This document shows positions 61,176 through 64,000 of a stretch of DNA of 64,000 bases, one piece after another (positions within the stretch are counted from its first letter, which is position 1; every line of letters starts with the position of its first letter). The position numbers and the translations under genes were made by a program. The DNA is from Zootoca vivipara (lineage: Eukaryota). The DNA lies in contig NC_083288.1 of assembly GCF_963506605.1 (NCBI RefSeq), positions 43,958,001 through 44,022,000 of the forward strand, read 5' to 3'. A model generated the notes under the pieces. The model saw only the letters and a list, made by a program, of their open reading frames with translations, made no database searches and was not told where the DNA came from.

Positions 61176-63305
61176 ATGGAGTCCGGGCAGCAGCCGGTGT
61201 GGCGCGGCCTGGGGCTGCTTGGCAGAGGCGGGGACAACCCCGGGCTGGGCCCTGGGGGCTGCGAGAGGCGGCTGCTGTGGGTCGCGTCCTTGCTGTGCGT
61301 TTTGCTGGATCTGCAGTTGCCAGGTAACCATGGTAACCGGGAGGCGCGGGGGTCATTTCCTCTTCGCCCTCAGCGACAGGGCTTCTGCTGGCCCCGCCCC
61401 CTGCGCAGGCGGTCGCCCCGCCCCTTTCTCTCTCCACTCCTCCTGTGTTGCCGGCTCCTCCGCGTCAGGGTTCGCTCTGACGCCCCCAACCCACCTTCTA
61501 AGCACCGGGCCCCGCCCTCTCACGTTGACGCGCATTGTAGCCCCGCCCATATGTTTATAGCCCCGCCCCCTTTTCATTGCAACTCTCTCTTAGCTATTCC
61601 TCACTTAGCATGTTTCTAGTCCTTAGTGTTCTCCTCCACTCTTCCGCAACTCACGCCTTGCACTTCTGATCTTTTGCATCCAGTGGAAGGTGACTGCCGG
61701 CTACCAGTCAATAGATCGCTCCAGATGTTTCCATGGGTCTGGGGAGATTGTGTTGAATGATTTTTGCATCTCATATGGGAGACAAAGATAAATGACAGGA
61801 GGCAGCTGTTTTTGAACACAATGGATTTAGCTTTTTTAATGGTTTCATTGTCTGTTGAGTTTATAAAAACAGCAAACCAGGTCTAGAGCTACTTGCCCTT
61901 CAAACTTACTTCTGCAGTACTGTACACACCTTCTGGGTTTGCAGAAAGCTATGCAATGTGAACAAAACTGAGATTGGCAGGATACCTGGTTCTGGAACCA
62001 GTAACTGAATGGACTTTCCAGAAGTGATCTTTCACATCTCATTATACTTGATTCTCTCCCCGCCCCCTGGAAATGCTAAGGAGTTTTTAACAGAGTCACT
62101 TCAATAGCAGAGAGTCCAAAGAGAAAAGAAACTAATAATGTCTTAATGTGTGGCCTGAACAAAAGCAGTACATAAATATGAGGAGAAGTAAACAGGTTTT
62201 TGTGTTTCGTAATTAAGGCCTTGTTCACAGCAGGAAGATGTACAACTGCACATATAGGGGGAAACTCTCAAAACTAATCCACCATTCTCTTGGTTGGTTA
62301 GCTAACTGTAAATAGAATTAACCCATAGGTTGCTAACTTAATTATCCCTGCTGTTGTACTTCCAACAGGCTTGACCAGGCATCCCCAAACTGTGGCCCTC
62401 CAGATGTTTTGGCCTACAACTCCCATGATCCCTAGCTAACAGGACCAGTGGTCGGTGAAGATGGGAAATGTAGTCCAAAACATTTGGAGGGCCGAAGTTT
62501 GGGGATGCCTGGGCTTGACCCTAAGATCATCTTATGCAGAGCAGGTGTACTGCCATTTTGCTTGAGCCCCCCTTTCCTTAAAACATGCATATGTCCTCTA
62601 CTCACACCTCTCTCCTGCTCTGATACAATGGCTATTGGTCTCACAAACCATTTCATACCTTGCAGGTTTGCTGGCTGCCGGGCAAGCTGAGATAGAAAAC
62701 CACCTGGAAATGGGGCGGAAGCTATTGGCCGCTGGGCAGCTGGCTGAGGCACTATCACACTACCACTCTGCAGTGGGTGAGTAATATAGCCTGTTTTGAC
62801 TGTCATCCCTGGGGCATCTAACTGACAGGTGTCTTACAGGCTTATGCTGCGCTCTCAATGTCGGTGTGTCACTTGGCCTCTGAGCTTTCTCAAGGTATAA
62901 GTTAGAGGGCCCTTGGAAGGTAATGGTTCCACTACCTGATCTGTTGTTTTTTGTATAATTTTAAATCATAAATATAGCTGCAGCTGGTTCAGAGAAATGC
63001 ATGTGAAAGAGCTAAACCACAGCAAACCCAGCCTGTCCCTATAATTATTAGTTTATGTTGCTACTCATGGGGGGGACAGGGTGCAGATGCAGAACTGTAT
63101 GCATTTCACATGGCATACGTTCTGTTAAGCATACTGACATTTATTTCTGTTTGGTTTTTTTCCTCCCTCAATTCTCCTAGAAAGTGATCCCAAAAACTAC
63201 CTTACCTACTACAAACGGGCAACTATCTACTTAGCCATGGGCAAGTTCAAATCGGCGCTCCCTGACCTCTCAAAGGCTATTGAACTCAAGCCGGATTTCA
63301 TGGCT
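61176..63305 (+). CDS. DNAJC3: DNAJC3 (P58IPK)-family ER co-chaperone, dnajc3b-like paralog; exons 1-3, continues beyond window
   Basis: Exons 61176-61323, 62666-62776, 63181-63305 splice in frame: ...SLLCVLLDLQLPG LLAAGQAEIENHLEMGRKLLAAGQLAEALSHYHSAV ESDPKNYLTYYKRATIYLAMGKFKSALPDLSKAIELKPDFMA (signal peptide and TPR). Confidence 0.88.
62376..62511. mobile_element. hAT (Charlie-like) MITE
   Basis: TIR CAGGCATCCCCAAACT; 8-bp TSD GGCTTGAC. Confidence 0.9.
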
Positions 63306-63611
63306 GTAAGTCGTGTGTGTGTGTGTGTTCTTGCCCTCCTCCCCAAGACCTTCTTAATGGGAAAGGGTGCAGGGAGAAGGGCTTGTTTCCAGCTCAGAAA
63401 ACCAGTTTGAATGATTCAGATCATTCCCCTGCTTCCTCTTACAGTGCCTCTTGCATGGATGGAGAATGATTCTGAATAGCATGGGCATGCTGGCAGATGC
63501 CGTTGATACGGGTTATAGCTAATCCGCGGCCATTATTTGTTTTATTTTTAAAGATGTTCTATCCTGTCTTCTGATCAGCTGATTTCAGGGATAGCTTGCA
63601 ACACATTAGAT

Positions 63612-63731
63612 CAGGCATCCCCAAACTTCGGCCCTCCAGATGTTTTGGGCTACAATTCCCATCATCCCTGACCACTGGTCATGGGAGTTGTAGGCCAAAA
63701 CATCTGGAGGGCCACAGTTTGGGGGTGCCTG
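63612..63731. mobile_element. hAT (Charlie-like) MITE
   Basis: TIR CAGGCATCCCCAAACT; 8-bp TSD CATTAGAT. Confidence 0.9.
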
Positions 63732-64000
63732 CATTAGATCCATACAGTTTTGCTATTTTAAATTGCCTAGCAGCTCTTGTGTGTCTTCCCCTCAGTACTG
63801 CTGTCCCAAGGCAAGTGGCACAGAGCAAGTTCCCTTTTTTTGGAGGTGTGGGGTGGCGAGATGCAGGGAGATAGTAAGGTCCCTGCAGCTGCTCACCTTG
63901 TACTGATGTCTGTGGCCAGGTTGGTCTTCCCTTTGCCGTGGTGTCAGGATGCATGAGCAGCTTCGTGCGGTGGGTATATTTGTAAAGTTTCCCGTTTTCC

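Overview
Vertebrate genomic DNA, by its repeat content (BovB, Sauria and Squam3-type SINEs, L2, CR1, hAT/Tigger MITEs) a squamate reptile, probably a lacertid lizard. Left part (1-41 kb): a + strand tandem array of three vomeronasal type-2 receptor (V2R, class C GPCR) genes. V2R-A has exons 2-6 in the window, while V2R-B and V2R-C are complete six-exon genes. There are also two V2R remnants and dense transposon content, including an apparently intact BovB 5' half, two Helitrons, a deleted ERV with a tRNA-Gly PBS and a Penelope fragment with a hammerhead-ribozyme core. Right part (45-64 kb): ten tRNA genes around one divergent replication-dependent H2A/H2B pair, then ADAT3 (- strand) head-to-head with a DNAJC3-family gene (+ strand, first three exons). 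The most interesting points are ADAT3 next to a tRNA cluster containing its substrate tRNA-Ile(AAT), the dnajc3b-like paralog, an orphan CDE/CHR+CCAAT promoter, a twin-priming-type BovB insertion, and the Helitron, ERV and ribozyme structures. I found no clear wholly new system. All coordinates were counted by hand, and family names come from recall, not searches.
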